From positions 744,001 through 808,000 of the forward strand of contig NW_026250403.1 of NCBI RefSeq assembly GCF_024521635.1: a DNA stretch of 64,000 nt, in the 5' to 3' direction. A program made the translations under genes and the position numbers. The notes beneath the pieces are model-generated. The model saw only the letters and a program-made list of their open reading frames with translations. It did not search any database and had not been told where the DNA came from. Origin of the DNA: Tricharina praecox (lineage: Eukaryota). Of this stretch, positions 38,668 to 50,100 are shown piece by piece; the stretch's first letter is position 1, and each line of letters opens with the position of its first letter.

Positions 38668-40163
38668 ATGAACACGCCTCCGCGACGGACACGGACTGCC
38701 CGCCCGGTTACGCCGACGGCGCCGCGGCTCGCTTCGACCTTCGAGGAATACTCGCCCCGCCGGTCGCTTCGTCTGAAGGATCTCAAGGCGTCGCCGACGG
38801 TGACTATTGGAACCCTTTCGCCGCCGCCGTCCTCGCCCCTCGCGGCATCGCCCTCGCCAAAGCAGACAAAGAGAAGGACGACGACAAAGAGGGCGACATT
38901 CGCGCTGGATGAGAAGCCTGGCGCGGCAAAGGGGAAGGGCAAGGGGAAGGCGGTGTTTGTTTTGAACGACGAGGAGGAAGGAAAGGAGGAGGAGAGCAAG
39001 GACCGGGCATACGCCAGACCGACACTGAGGAACGCTGGTGCTGCGGGTCTGCCGACTCCGAGGAAGACTCCATCGAGGAAGAGGAAGCTTGCGCCGGAAC
39101 AGGTCGCCAGTTCGGCGCAGGCTTTATTCCCGCCCACAGAAGCGACTTCGTCCAAGAGTACGTCTGCATCGAAGGGAGGATTATTCGGTGTCCGGAGGTC
39201 TCGCGCTACTTCCACATCCATTGCGCCGACGAACACTCCTCGTCACAAGTCGGCTGCGGGCACAATCACGGTGGAAGAGGAGACGGAGACCAGCATTGAA
39301 ATATTCACCGACTCCGTCGAGCGGAGACCGACGTTCGATGCCGACCCCGACAATCCTTTCATCAGTCGACCCGGAGATGAGACGAGATCGACAAAGAAGA
39401 CCAGGCAGCAGAGAGCCGATAGGTCTAGGAATCGCTTGGGCAATGCGGGCGAAAGGAGCGATGGCATGGTCTATATATTGTGGGTCAAATCTGTCCCACA
39501 CCTGTGAGATTAATCTAATCGTCCGATGACAGCCGTGGAAAGAGGGTTTTCAAGAGCTTCAGCAAACTTCCGGATACGGATGATCGTGCGGGCTCCGAAG
39601 ATGTGGACGAAGAAGGCGAAGGATTGAACCCCACCGAGGTCAAGCCGAGGCTTCTCTTCCCGGGCGCTTCACCGGCCACATCTAAAGCAAAGAATGGACT
39701 CAAGGACAGCATCATCGCTGAGGAAGAGGAAGTCGACGAGGAGGCGGAAACCGACATCGACGACATGCCGCAATCGCAAACATCCAGCATCATCGTCAAG
39801 ACCAGGAAAGCCGGTGGGCGTCTCTCAGTATCCCGCATGACTCCCGAAAGCGAGGACGAAATACCGAGCACCACCACCAAGGTCTCGAGTTTCAAGGCCA
39901 GACTCGCCGCTGCCGCCGTCGCCGCTTCCTCCTCATCTGCTTCTTCCTCCAAGAAGAGGCTATCCAGCAGCAAGGCGCTATTCGACGATGGTGAAGACGA
40001 CGCTTGGCACCAGACTTCCGCATCGAAGGGTGGATTCGTAAGTGACGATGAAGTACCAGCTTCATCTTCCAAGACTCGGGGCGTCAAGAGGGGCATCGCT
40101 GAGACTGGCCTCACAACGCCAGCGAGCACTGTCCGGAAGCGAACCAGGCGCACCATCTATTAG
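38668..40163 (+). CDS. Uncharacterised, largely disordered S/T-P-rich protein; intron ~39480-39531
   Basis: Two in-frame exons; motifs GLPTPRKTP, IEIFTDS.ER.P..D.DNPF, DGMVYIFRGKRVFKSF, VKPRLLFP; basic C-terminus. Confidence 0.7.
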
Positions 40164-41504
40164 GCTCCAAGTCCTAATATTTCATTCCTTGCTTTTTTGC
40201 GAACTGCTCTTTTACCCTTTTTTCTTTCATTGGCAAAATGCTACCCGACTTACTTTTCTGTAACCATTTTTTTTTCTTGTGTGATCGTAAGTTTTTGATG
40301 TTTTGGTTTTTGGTTATCACCCATCCACTCTACTTCTTCTACTTCTTCTACTCTACTTGTTACCTTTTTGTCTGTCTGTCTGTCGTCACTGGATGGGAGT
40401 GTGTCTGTGTGTTTTTTTGATTGGTGTAGCTTTTACTTATACCATTGGTCTTCGTTTCGTTCTCGTTCTCGTCTGGTCTGGTCTCTTCTCGTTTCGTTCT
40501 CGTCTCGTGTTGTGTTATGATATCTTGTCAGGATGGGTGGGTGGGTGGGTTTTTTATCTTGCTTCTAGCGATGCGATGGATTATGGATTGGATTGGATTG
40601 TTGGGCTTGTTTGGGTTATTCGTGGGTTCGTGGGTTCGTGTGGTGGGTTGGTGGGGAAGGGATCTTTCGTTGTGTTGTGTATGCTTGCAGCTTACTTTCT
40701 ACTTGGATGGATGGTTGGGTGGATGGATGGATGGACTTTTAACTCTTTTGCTTTGCTTTTACTTTACCTTACCTACCCGGCTTTTTCTATCTTTCTATCT
40801 GTGTAAACGCTGTGGTGTGGCTTTGTTGTTTTTTGTAATTCGTTACTTTATGGTGGAAGGGGATTGCTATGATTTTTTGGACAGGAATGATGGATGAGGG
40901 GAAGGAAGGGGGGTTTAGATGTGGTGGATTGGATTGAGGACAGACAGCGAGTGCGCGATGGGAGAGCTGAGAGGAAGAACGGAGGTGGGTTCATGTGTGT
41001 ACGTAACGATAAAAATATTATTATCCAACGGCTTTGGTTGCAAGTTGCAATTGCTGTTCAGTCACTTTAGTATTCAGTCACTAGTGTTCAGTTCACGATG
41101 ATGGTATAAAAATCTATTCCGGTTCCGATTCCCTAGGATCCCTATCCCGATTCCCATCCCATCAATCGATAAAATGGTAGCCCAAGCCGAGCAATTGCCA
41201 CATCACCACTCTTGCACATGCAAAATGCAAAAACACAACCCGAATCACAAGCCCACAAGCCAGAAAAGCAGAAAATAAAGCAGAATTAACGAAGCAGTTG
41301 TAAAAAGATGAAAAAGATAAATGGATAAAAAAAACAGATAGGAAAAAGTGGAAAAAAGAAATAGCACTTCCGCATGCCGAGAAGGGAAGTAGCCAAAACA
41401 TATGCTCCGACGCCCCCCATCCCCCACCCCCCGCAAGCAAATGAACGAGAAGTACAAACTTTTTTTCGGCGTGAAGTGAATTATGTGTGATGTAGCTATG
41501 TGCT

Positions 41505-42685
41505 TTACCGGCCAAAGCGCATTTCGGTCCTAGCGAAACTGTGGAGGGCTCGGAGAAACACTTGGTAGCCGACGCCGTCGTTGTCGGTCACGTTGCTGAG
41601 AGGGAGTGTTAGTTATGTATACTGGCGGAAGGATGTGGGGGGGAGGGGTAGGTGGTATCATACTAGATCTCGGTCAGACGTAGCTGCCACGGTGGGTAGC
41701 CTTTCAGTGTGATATTTGACGAGAACAGGACGAGGAGGTCTGGCTCGCCCATGCAGTTTTCTATCCCGTGTTAACACCACCATTCAATCACTCGTGTATT
41801 CCTTGAGATCCGGTACCTTTAACCTCAGCATCGATCAACTCGACGCTCACATCCTCACTCGACAATTTCCCACGCTGCGCCATCTCACACAGGGTCTTGG
41901 TAAGGTCGACCATGCTCTCGCGGCCATCCTCCTCGGAAATAAACATGACCTCTAGCCCCGTCGGCTCGGAGCCCTCGTCGGTACTGGTATCGTCATTGAC
42001 GAAAGTGCGAGAGTGCGGAGCGTGAACACGGAGCGTGGGCCTCTCGCGGCCGAAGTACGAGCGGAGCTGCTGGGAAACGGCGCGGTGCGAGGTTGAGATG
42101 TAGGATTTCAAGATACCTGCGGATGATGGATGGCGTTAGTCAAGCAAGCGCGCGGGTCGTGGCGCCCGTGAAAGCCCTCATACCTGTCCTTTCGTAGACG
42201 CTGAGCCGCGGGATTCCAGCGCTCGCGCACCAACACGCGATCTCGGAAACCTCATCGATGAGCTTGTCCAGGTCTTCTCGCTCGTACTCGAGCACGACGG
42301 ATAGATGCTTCGGGAACTTGCCACGCTCGCGCAGCTCGGCGACGTCCTTGGCGATCAGCTGCGGCGTGCGGTGGTGGTAGTAGAGGATTGCGAAGACGTG
42401 CCCGACGACGAAGTTGTACACCCAGCGGAGCCGTAGGTATATGCTGAAGAGAGTGTAGATTACGAGAAGCACGAATTTGTAGACTTGCGTCCAGAGGAAG
42501 GTGCGGATGGGGCCTTGTGGTACAGAGGTGCGTGGGAGGTGAGGGAGCACTAGGCGCTCGCGTTCTAGTGCGTCGGCCGTCTTGGGTTTGCGGGAGCGGA
42601 GGGCCGCTTTGAAGGGTTCGGTGCTGAACTGGGAGGGCGCGGTGGAGACCGAGTGGTGGAGTGGGCCGGCGGAGGTGGAGGACAT
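41505..42685 (-). CDS. NUS1: cis-prenyltransferase (dehydrodolichyl-PP synthase) subunit Nus1/NgBR; multi-exon
   Basis: YYHHRTPQLI, PKHLSVVL, EIACWCASAGIPRLSVYERTG, DGRESMVDLTKTL, EPDLL, GYPPWQLRLTEI, C-terminal RFGR. Confidence 0.93.
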
Positions 42686-44527
42686 GGCGGGCGGGCGAAA
42701 AGGGGACGGGCGAAGGCGGCGACGATGGACGAAGAGCCGAGTGGGTTACGTATTTGAAGTCGGTAACAAGGCGACTTGGTGGAGAAGTGGTGGTCGTCGA
42801 GAAGGAACAGAAAATGAGAGACGGGGGGTTAGGACTTCGTGAAGGGAAGATGTATGTACTGTGTAGTACTATACTGGCAGGCGCTGGGCGTAGGATGATG
42901 CTGCAGAGGAGGCGGTGCCAGAATTGGCTGACGAGTTGTTGTGCAACGTCGTCGAAACACACGTCGCCAACTGCTATCTAACTAATTCCCGGGCACGCAA
43001 CGTTAACGCACCTCACTCCACACCCGCCGCAGCAGGAAGCCGGTATGAGTGGTCATGCTAAGCATCAGCCGGAAATTCGGCGACGACATAATTGCACACG
43101 TGAAGAATCTACGAAAACGCGAACGAGCCGAACCGATGGCATCCGCTTGAGAGACTTGGCTCTTTTCGCTTCATTTCATTTTTTCATTTTTCATTCTTTT
43201 ATTTCATTTTTTGTGGAGGCTCAACAGAGAGGGATCCGGATTACTCTACCGGCCTTCCGACTCATCCGTCCGCGTCAGGGATTGTGCGAAGCGTAGTGGG
43301 TGAACATTCAAGGACGGGCAGAGCATGCCCGCGAACCGTGAGGACAAAAGTAGAGTCCAGGCCGTATGTTGAGCGTCTGTGTGCCGGCCAGGTTTTGCGT
43401 TTGAACGAGTGAACGTTAAACGCAACGTTAAAGGTTACTCTATGTGCCAATACTATGCACGTACTTGGGAGTTGGTATCTGTCGCGAATGCATGAAGCTC
43501 ACCTCGAAATGCACATCCAGCCCTACGCTTCTTATCGGACACAATTTCCCAAAGATTGAGATTATCAGGTGACTACCAGGCGAGATCGCCTTCGTGCGAA
43601 CTGGCTGCCTTCCTGCCTTCTCCAGACTCCGGCAGCGCAGAGTCGGAATCCGGTGCGCCTGCATCTCGTTTTTCTCGATGATGTTTGAAGTTGCAAGACC
43701 TCGGGACCCTTGCATCCACTGGCGGCGGCGCCGTCAGGAACGGATACGAACGTGAGACATCATCGCCAAGGCCGGACATCGAACCTTTCCCGGACTCCGC
43801 AGAAACAAACCAACTTCGACGACAACGCCTTCCAAAGCTCGGCGTCGGGGCGGTGTCGATGGCGGGCCACGCGGCGCCCAGAGCGGACAGTCTGCGATTG
43901 AGGTCTTTGTACTGGTGTCGGAGTCCGTCTAGCGGGCTTTGGGCGATGGGTGCAATTTTAGAACTCGACAGGGAAATATGACAAGATACGGAAAATCGGC
44001 TAGAAACCAACGGGGCAAGTGATCTACATGCTCGTCCAGAGAGCTGCGTCTGGTGGCATGGAACATGTGAGTAGGGCAATTCTTGAACTGCTTCTCTCCA
44101 TCATCATCCGTTCGTTCGCGCGCGCCCTTGCTGCAACCTCCCACAAACCTGTCTGGTGATCATCTACTCTGCAAATACGCTCCACTCGTTACTGTCGCTC
44201 GTTGATTACTTTCCGAACCCCCGCCCCGTCCACCACTGCTTCGAACTCCGTCCTGTCACCTCCGGAGAAGAAGAGACTCCGCCGCTTCCCATACCCACCG
44301 CCCGGACGAGAGCTCATCCATATAGTACTTTCAAGGAGTGGGTCTCCGTCTACGCCTTGAATGCCTTTGTACCGACCCCTGACCTGACTTTCGGGAACAA
44401 CTTAGACTCCCACCTCCAGACGCCCAGAAAACCCTACTCGTCAAGTCAGCTACGAGCATATCGTTGCTGTGATACCGGCTTCCAAAACTACATTCCGGAC
44501 TTTCGGTTCGGGTTTACGGCGGGCGCG

Positions 44528-47500
44528 ATGGGTGCGATGGTAGAGGAGTCGTGTCAGATCACGACGGGATGGTCGTTAATACGACCTCGGGACGATGCGC
44601 TCGATAATTTTCTGAGCATGCTGCAATCGCCGTTCCAGCAACAATTCACGACTCATGCCTTCTTAGCATCGCTGGGATCGTCCCTTGGAATATCGATGCT
44701 GGTGCTAGCAGCCTTCTGTCTACTACGGCCTTACAACTCACTAGTGTACGCACCGAAACTACGATACGCAGATGAAAAGCGCGCTCCGCCGGTGATCGGC
44801 AAAGGATATTTCTCGTGGACGCAGCCGCTGATTAAATGTCACGAGGCGGATTTGGTGGATAAGATCGGCATGGATGCGACTATTTTCCTAAGGTTCGGTG
44901 GTTCTAAGGCAGGAAAATTAAACGGCAGGAGCGCTGACGGGGTGAAAAAGGTTTATGAGACTTTGCAGGACACTCTTTTTCTACCTGGGTGTATTGGGAT
45001 GCGTTGTTATGATTCCGGTAAACGTTAGGTGAGTTGAACGCTCTTCGCGATCAAAACTTCCCTAAATTCTAACGGTTTTCATCAAGTTGTAACCTCAAGA
45101 GTGCACACTTCCAATCTATTGATTGGAACATGGAGCAGAGCTGGTATGTCCTCATGAGTCCCACATTCACGTGGGGAAGGTGTATGTGGGCGCATGTAGT
45201 CATCTCATACGTATTCACTCTGATCATTTGCTGGGTGCTGTGGCAAAATTACCGAGTGAGTGAACTGTGATGGTTTCCTCCGGGTGAGCGATACTAATCC
45301 GGTATCTAGGAAGTGGTCACCCTCAAGAGGACTTACTTCGAAAGCCAGGAGTATACGGAATCTCTGCATTCTAGAACGCTGATGGTGGGCCTGTTGTTTT
45401 CTAGAACACTTGAACTTCGCTGACAGCATAGATCTGGCATCTTCCGAGCTCCTACCGCTCTGATGCTGGTCTCAACAAACTCGTCACGAGCCTCCCTGTA
45501 CCAACCGAGGGCACGGAGAAGTACTCAATTGGAAGGAATGTCAAAGAGCTGCCATCGTTGATGGAAGAGCATGAATATGCCGTCAGGAAACTGGAGAAAG
45601 TACTTTCCAAGTACCTGAAGAATCCCAACAGTCTTCCCCCAGTCAGACCAATGTGCAAGCCAGACAAGCACGACAAATCAATGGACAAAAACGCACAGGT
45701 GGATGCCATCGAATACTACAAGCACAGGATCGAAACGTTAGAAAGGCAGATTGCGATAGCACGAGGAGGTGTAGATAAGAGAGACGCCACATCGTACGGC
45801 TTTGTGAGCTATCCCTCGATTGCCCGCGCCCACATCACAGCCAAGGCCGTTAGAGGAAAGCATCCCAAAGGAACGTCAGTCCAGCTGGCAACGAAGCCGC
45901 AAGACATAATCTGGGACAACCTGACTAGATCGAAGGGAAAGCGAAGATGGAACGGATTTATCGGCAATGTCCTGTTTTTTCTCCTCTCGGTTCTCTTCGT
46001 AATCCCCAACGTACTCATTGCCGTATTTCTGTCCAATCTCAACAACATCGCCCGGGTCTGGCCGAGCTTCAGCTTCTACCTGATCCGAGATGCGGAGTTT
46101 TACGCAGTTGTTCAGGGCTTTCTCGCACCGACCGTCACATCGATCATCTATTTGCTGCTTCCGATAGCTATGAGAAGATTATGTGCGTGGCAAGGGTAAA
46201 TATGATTCTAAGGATATCGGTTTCGCTTTATTAACGATCATAGGGACATCACGAAATCCTCGCGAGAGAAGCATGTTACACACAAGCTTTATGTTTTCTT
46301 CATCATCAACAACTTCATAATGTTCACGTTGTTTGGTGTAAGCATGATCCCCCTCAATTCCACGACCAGCATATTGAAAACCGTGTGCAGACATTGTGGT
46401 CCACCGTCAAGCAGTTCATCAATAACGCACAAACCAGCGGCGTTGACTGGGACTCCATCAAAGAGCTACATTTCGGAGATCGGACCGCCATTGCAATCTT
46501 TGACATCTCCGTCTTCTGGATCACCTATTTGTTGCAGAGGAACCTAGGAGCGTTGCTCGACCTGGCGCAATTATTCTCGCTGATCGGAAAGAGTTTTACC
46601 ATACGTTTCTTGTCTCCCACGCCAAGGCAGAAGATCGAATGGTCGGCTCCTCCGTCGTTCGATTACGCCACCTTCTACAACTACGTGAGTTGGGGATGTC
46701 TGGTATTTTTCGGGTTGATGGTCACTGACGACTTGTAGTTCCTATTCTATGTCACAATTGCCCTTTGTTTCGCCACTATTCAGCCACTGGTGCTCCCGGT
46801 TGCATTCTTTTACTTCCTCGTCGACAGTTTCCTCAAGAAGTACTCCTTGATGTACATCTTTGTGACCAAGGTTGAGAGCGGCGGAACATTCTGGAGGTTC
46901 ATTTTCAACCGGCTCCTGTTCGCGACTGCATTTTTCAACTGTACGGTTGCCCTTGTCGTCTGGTCGAGATACGACGGACAAACGGCTTCATCTGTTCTTC
47001 CGAACCTACTCATCCTGATCTTCTTCAAGCTATATTGCCACCGCACCTTCGATGCCGACACCCGGTTCTACACCCGGACTTCTGGGCGTGAGAGTATCCT
47101 CGCCTCCGGCATTGTCAACCGCAAGGACAGGCTTGATATGAGATACAGTCACCCCGCGATCCACAGGAAACTTATGCGGCCGATGGTCCATGGTAATGCG
47201 GAACCCTTGATGGCCCAGATCTTCGGACATCAAGCGCCCGAGCAAGGAGACAGCCGCGGAGGAATTGGATTGCAGCCGATGGAACACGGCGTTATCGGAA
47301 AGAAGGCTCCGACAGCGGGATTCGAGATTGTCCAAGAGGAGGATATGGATTTCGCTAATTTCAAGGATCGCGCAGAGTTCGGCGAAGAACACGGAGGCGG
47401 TGTGCTATATGGAAATGAGAACATGGCGGGAATGATGACGCCCCCGCCAGGCTTTGGCTCTCCGGCGTCGTCTCGTCCGGGTTCTCCGGTGCTGGGTGCT

Positions 47501-47785
47501 ACCGGTCCCCTGGGATACAGAGGCGCCGAGTACTTCCCCGTGACGGGGCCGCCGCCAATGCGATCCCCGAGGCTGTCAGGAGGGTTTTACCCGGCAGGAA
47601 ATTTCTCACAACAGAGTATTCACCGACCAGAGAGTCCGTATGACTGGTCGCACACCGATGGACGGAGCGAGGCTGGGAGCGTGACGCATCTCTTGCACCA
47701 GCAGGGACCGTATAGTCATCACCACCATCACCAGAATCTCACAGATCACCGCGAGGATCACGAGTACAGGGGGGTTCAGAGGTAG
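44528..47785 (+). CDS. OSCA/TMEM63 (CSC1/RSN1, DUF221) calcium-permeable stress-gated channel; ~8 exons
   Basis: FCLLRPYNSLVYAPKL, IGMDATIFLRF, YGFVSY, ATKPQDIIWDNL, FDYATFYNY, KYSLMYIFVTKVESGG.FW. Splice junctions restore the frame. Confidence 0.9.
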
Positions 47786-48239
47786 ATATTATGCAGATAT
47801 TGTAGGTAGCTTCAGATTTGGGTATTGATTGAACATCTTTGTCTTGTCTTGTCTTGTATGGCTTGAGGGGCACGCGGAGTTTGGGGTTTCTATTATTTTG
47901 TATTTTGTAGAACTACATTTTTTTCTTTCTTCCCCGGCTGAGATTTTGGGTCGGTTCTGTGTACAGAAAACTTGGGAATGGGGGCTTTCGGTTTGACTGT
48001 ACGATACGAGTAAGATTTATACCTATGGTACTGGGTGATGCTTATGTGAACGCGAGATGATATGGATGAGAATCTTTATAAATTACTGTCGATGAAGTGT
48101 TCGAGAATCGAGATCAAGTGAGTATGATAAAAATAGTCACCGTCGATTTGAGTCAAGCTTCGGGATTTTCCAACTCTGGATGGACCAGAGTCATCAATTT
48201 CGCTTCAGAGTGATAGAGCACGCTACTAGCACCACAAAG

Positions 48240-48308
48240 AGCCCTTAGCCCTAAGCCCTAGGAGCGGCAAAAATTAAGCGGTTACCCTGCCCCAGACCAA
48301 GTATATAA
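48240..48308 (+). promoter_or_regulatory. Putative U4 promoter: tandem AGCCCT(T/A) boxes, GGTTACCCT box and TATATAA
   Basis: AGCCCTTAGCCCTAAGCCCTAG (48240-48261), GGTTACCCTG (48280-48289), TATATAA (48302-48308), ~35-40 nt upstream of the predicted U4 5' end. Confidence 0.6.
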
Positions 48309-48341
48309 TGCCGCCTTCCCCCACACCCCTCTTCTCTCAGC

Positions 48342-48465
48342 ATCTTAGTGCTCGGGCAGACGAGTCTCAGTGAGGATTTAATCCGAGAGCTTGTTATTGC
48401 TGGTTGAAAACTATAACCTTGACCGCTCCTTGCCTGCTTCGGCGGCGTGAGGGAATTTTTTGCCT
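48342..48465 (+). ncRNA. U4: U4 spliceosomal snRNA
   Basis: 5' AUCUUAGUGCUCGGG (U4/U6 stem II); K-turn hairpin ..AGUGAGGAUUUAAUCCGAG..; invariant UUGCUGGUUGAAAACU (stem I); UUCG-capped 3' hairpin; Sm site AAUUUUUUG at 48454-48462. Confidence 0.92.
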
Positions 48466-50100
48466 TTTTGTTCTCTTTGAGGGATACATTTTTTCATCAG
48501 CCTCCAGGTCGCTGACGTGGGGTTGAAGAAAATATTTATTCTCAGAGTGGGTGATACTGATGTTGTACGTCGCGTGTGACGATGTTTGTTATCCTTGTGT
48601 ATCATAAAAGAGGCGACTCGAAGCTCCATATCAGGGAAACATTTGCGCAATGGGTCGCGTCCTTGCTACAGTGTCGCGTGTCTATCGTGCGGTCGCATGT
48701 TGCTCTCCCTTCGAGATCACGACTCCTGAGGATACGTGCATCGCCACATCGAAACTCACACTTCGACCCGGCTCTCTGCCGTCTTCGAACCTTTCACTTG
48801 ACGCGAAGTGAGATCCGATCACCTGCAGCATCGTCAATAGGTCGGAGTTCCTTAAACTTTCGCGATATTTCACCGCACAAGCCGTCCCTGTGCCCTCCGT
48901 TCGCCACTCGAAGTGCAGACTTCGTACAAACCTCTCCTTCGTATCTACCGCCCTTACACCACAGAGCCGCTGTGTTCACGTTTGTCCTCGATTTACGTTC
49001 TGACCTTTCCACCAGGACAGCTCCCGAGTCCCACCTGTATCTCTGCCCAGATGATGACACCGCGTGCGGGAGTGTTCAGGGGTGGGAATCTACAAATGAT
49101 GCTGTAGGAACCCACGGGTACAAGCACGAATACGACCCGCGATCCTCACGCTTTCAGGTTTCGTCACTCCTCCTAAGCCAGTGGCCACGTATCCCCACGG
49201 TGACGCGAAACAGTACCTTTACATTCGACCGATGCCCTACGATCCGTACATAGTCCCCGCAGCCTCCCGTTCCCCAGGTGCTGAGCTGGCAGGCAGGCCG
49301 TTCGGTTTCCCGCAGAACGTGCAGAGGATCAAAATGGAATGTAGATACACAGAACCCCCCCCCATTGATACTCGAACGCAGCCCTGTCTGCAGCATCGTT
49401 AGTCCAGGGCTGCAGTGCAGGCTCAGGGTCTTCCCCTGTTTGCCCGTTCTGCCCTGCCTTCTAGAGATTATGGCTGGCTGTTGGTGCAGGGCGAGAGACT
49501 GTTTCCTCGAATCCTGCGGAGAGTGAACTTGAAGGCAAACAATCATCGATGTCCACGTGAGCAACATGATAGAACATAGAAGGCCGCGGACCATGGACCA
49601 TGGACCATAGATCACCCTCCAGCCTTCCGTCGCAAGGCAAGCGAAGTCGGCTCTCGAGTGGGCGTGTGTGATGGCCGCCAAGTCTGCGCACGTGCCGTCA
49701 GACCCGCTAGGCCACATCAGTGCTGGCTCATGTACCTCTAGCGGCGGCGCTGTCGAATGAGCACATTCGCCCAACAGCTGCCTCCACCGAGCTCTCTTTA
49801 GCACGACCTTTCACGAACCCACTATAACTTTTTGTCTTTCCATCATCATCAAGCCGCCTCAACACCCAGCCAGGAACTATCTGTTCACCGCCGAAAAAGG
49901 GACGGAAAGACAAAAAACTACAACTCCCTCTCTGTGCGTGCGTGTGTGCTGTGTGCTGTGTGTGTGGTCGAAACGAAACGCGCGCGACCCTCCCACGCTC
50001 CCACCCCGCCGCCTCCGCTTTCTCCGTGTTCTCTCGCTCTCTTTGTTTTTCTTCGTTTTCCCAGAGTTGCGTGCGGGAGTAGTAGCAGCAACGCAGCTGG

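Noticed and set aside
43045..44520. Short ORFs between NUS1 and the OSCA gene
   Set aside because: No coding bias or domain; more likely a divergent promoter and long 5' UTR.
49159..49402. Possible small spliced ORF upstream of ATG11
   Set aside because: No recognisable motif and no convincing upstream exon or start.
48240..50100. Telomerase RNA or interstitial telomere suggested by CCCTAA-like repeats
   Set aside because: The repeats have a 7-bp period and only three units, no TAACCCTAA template was found, and the adjacent RNA is clearly U4.
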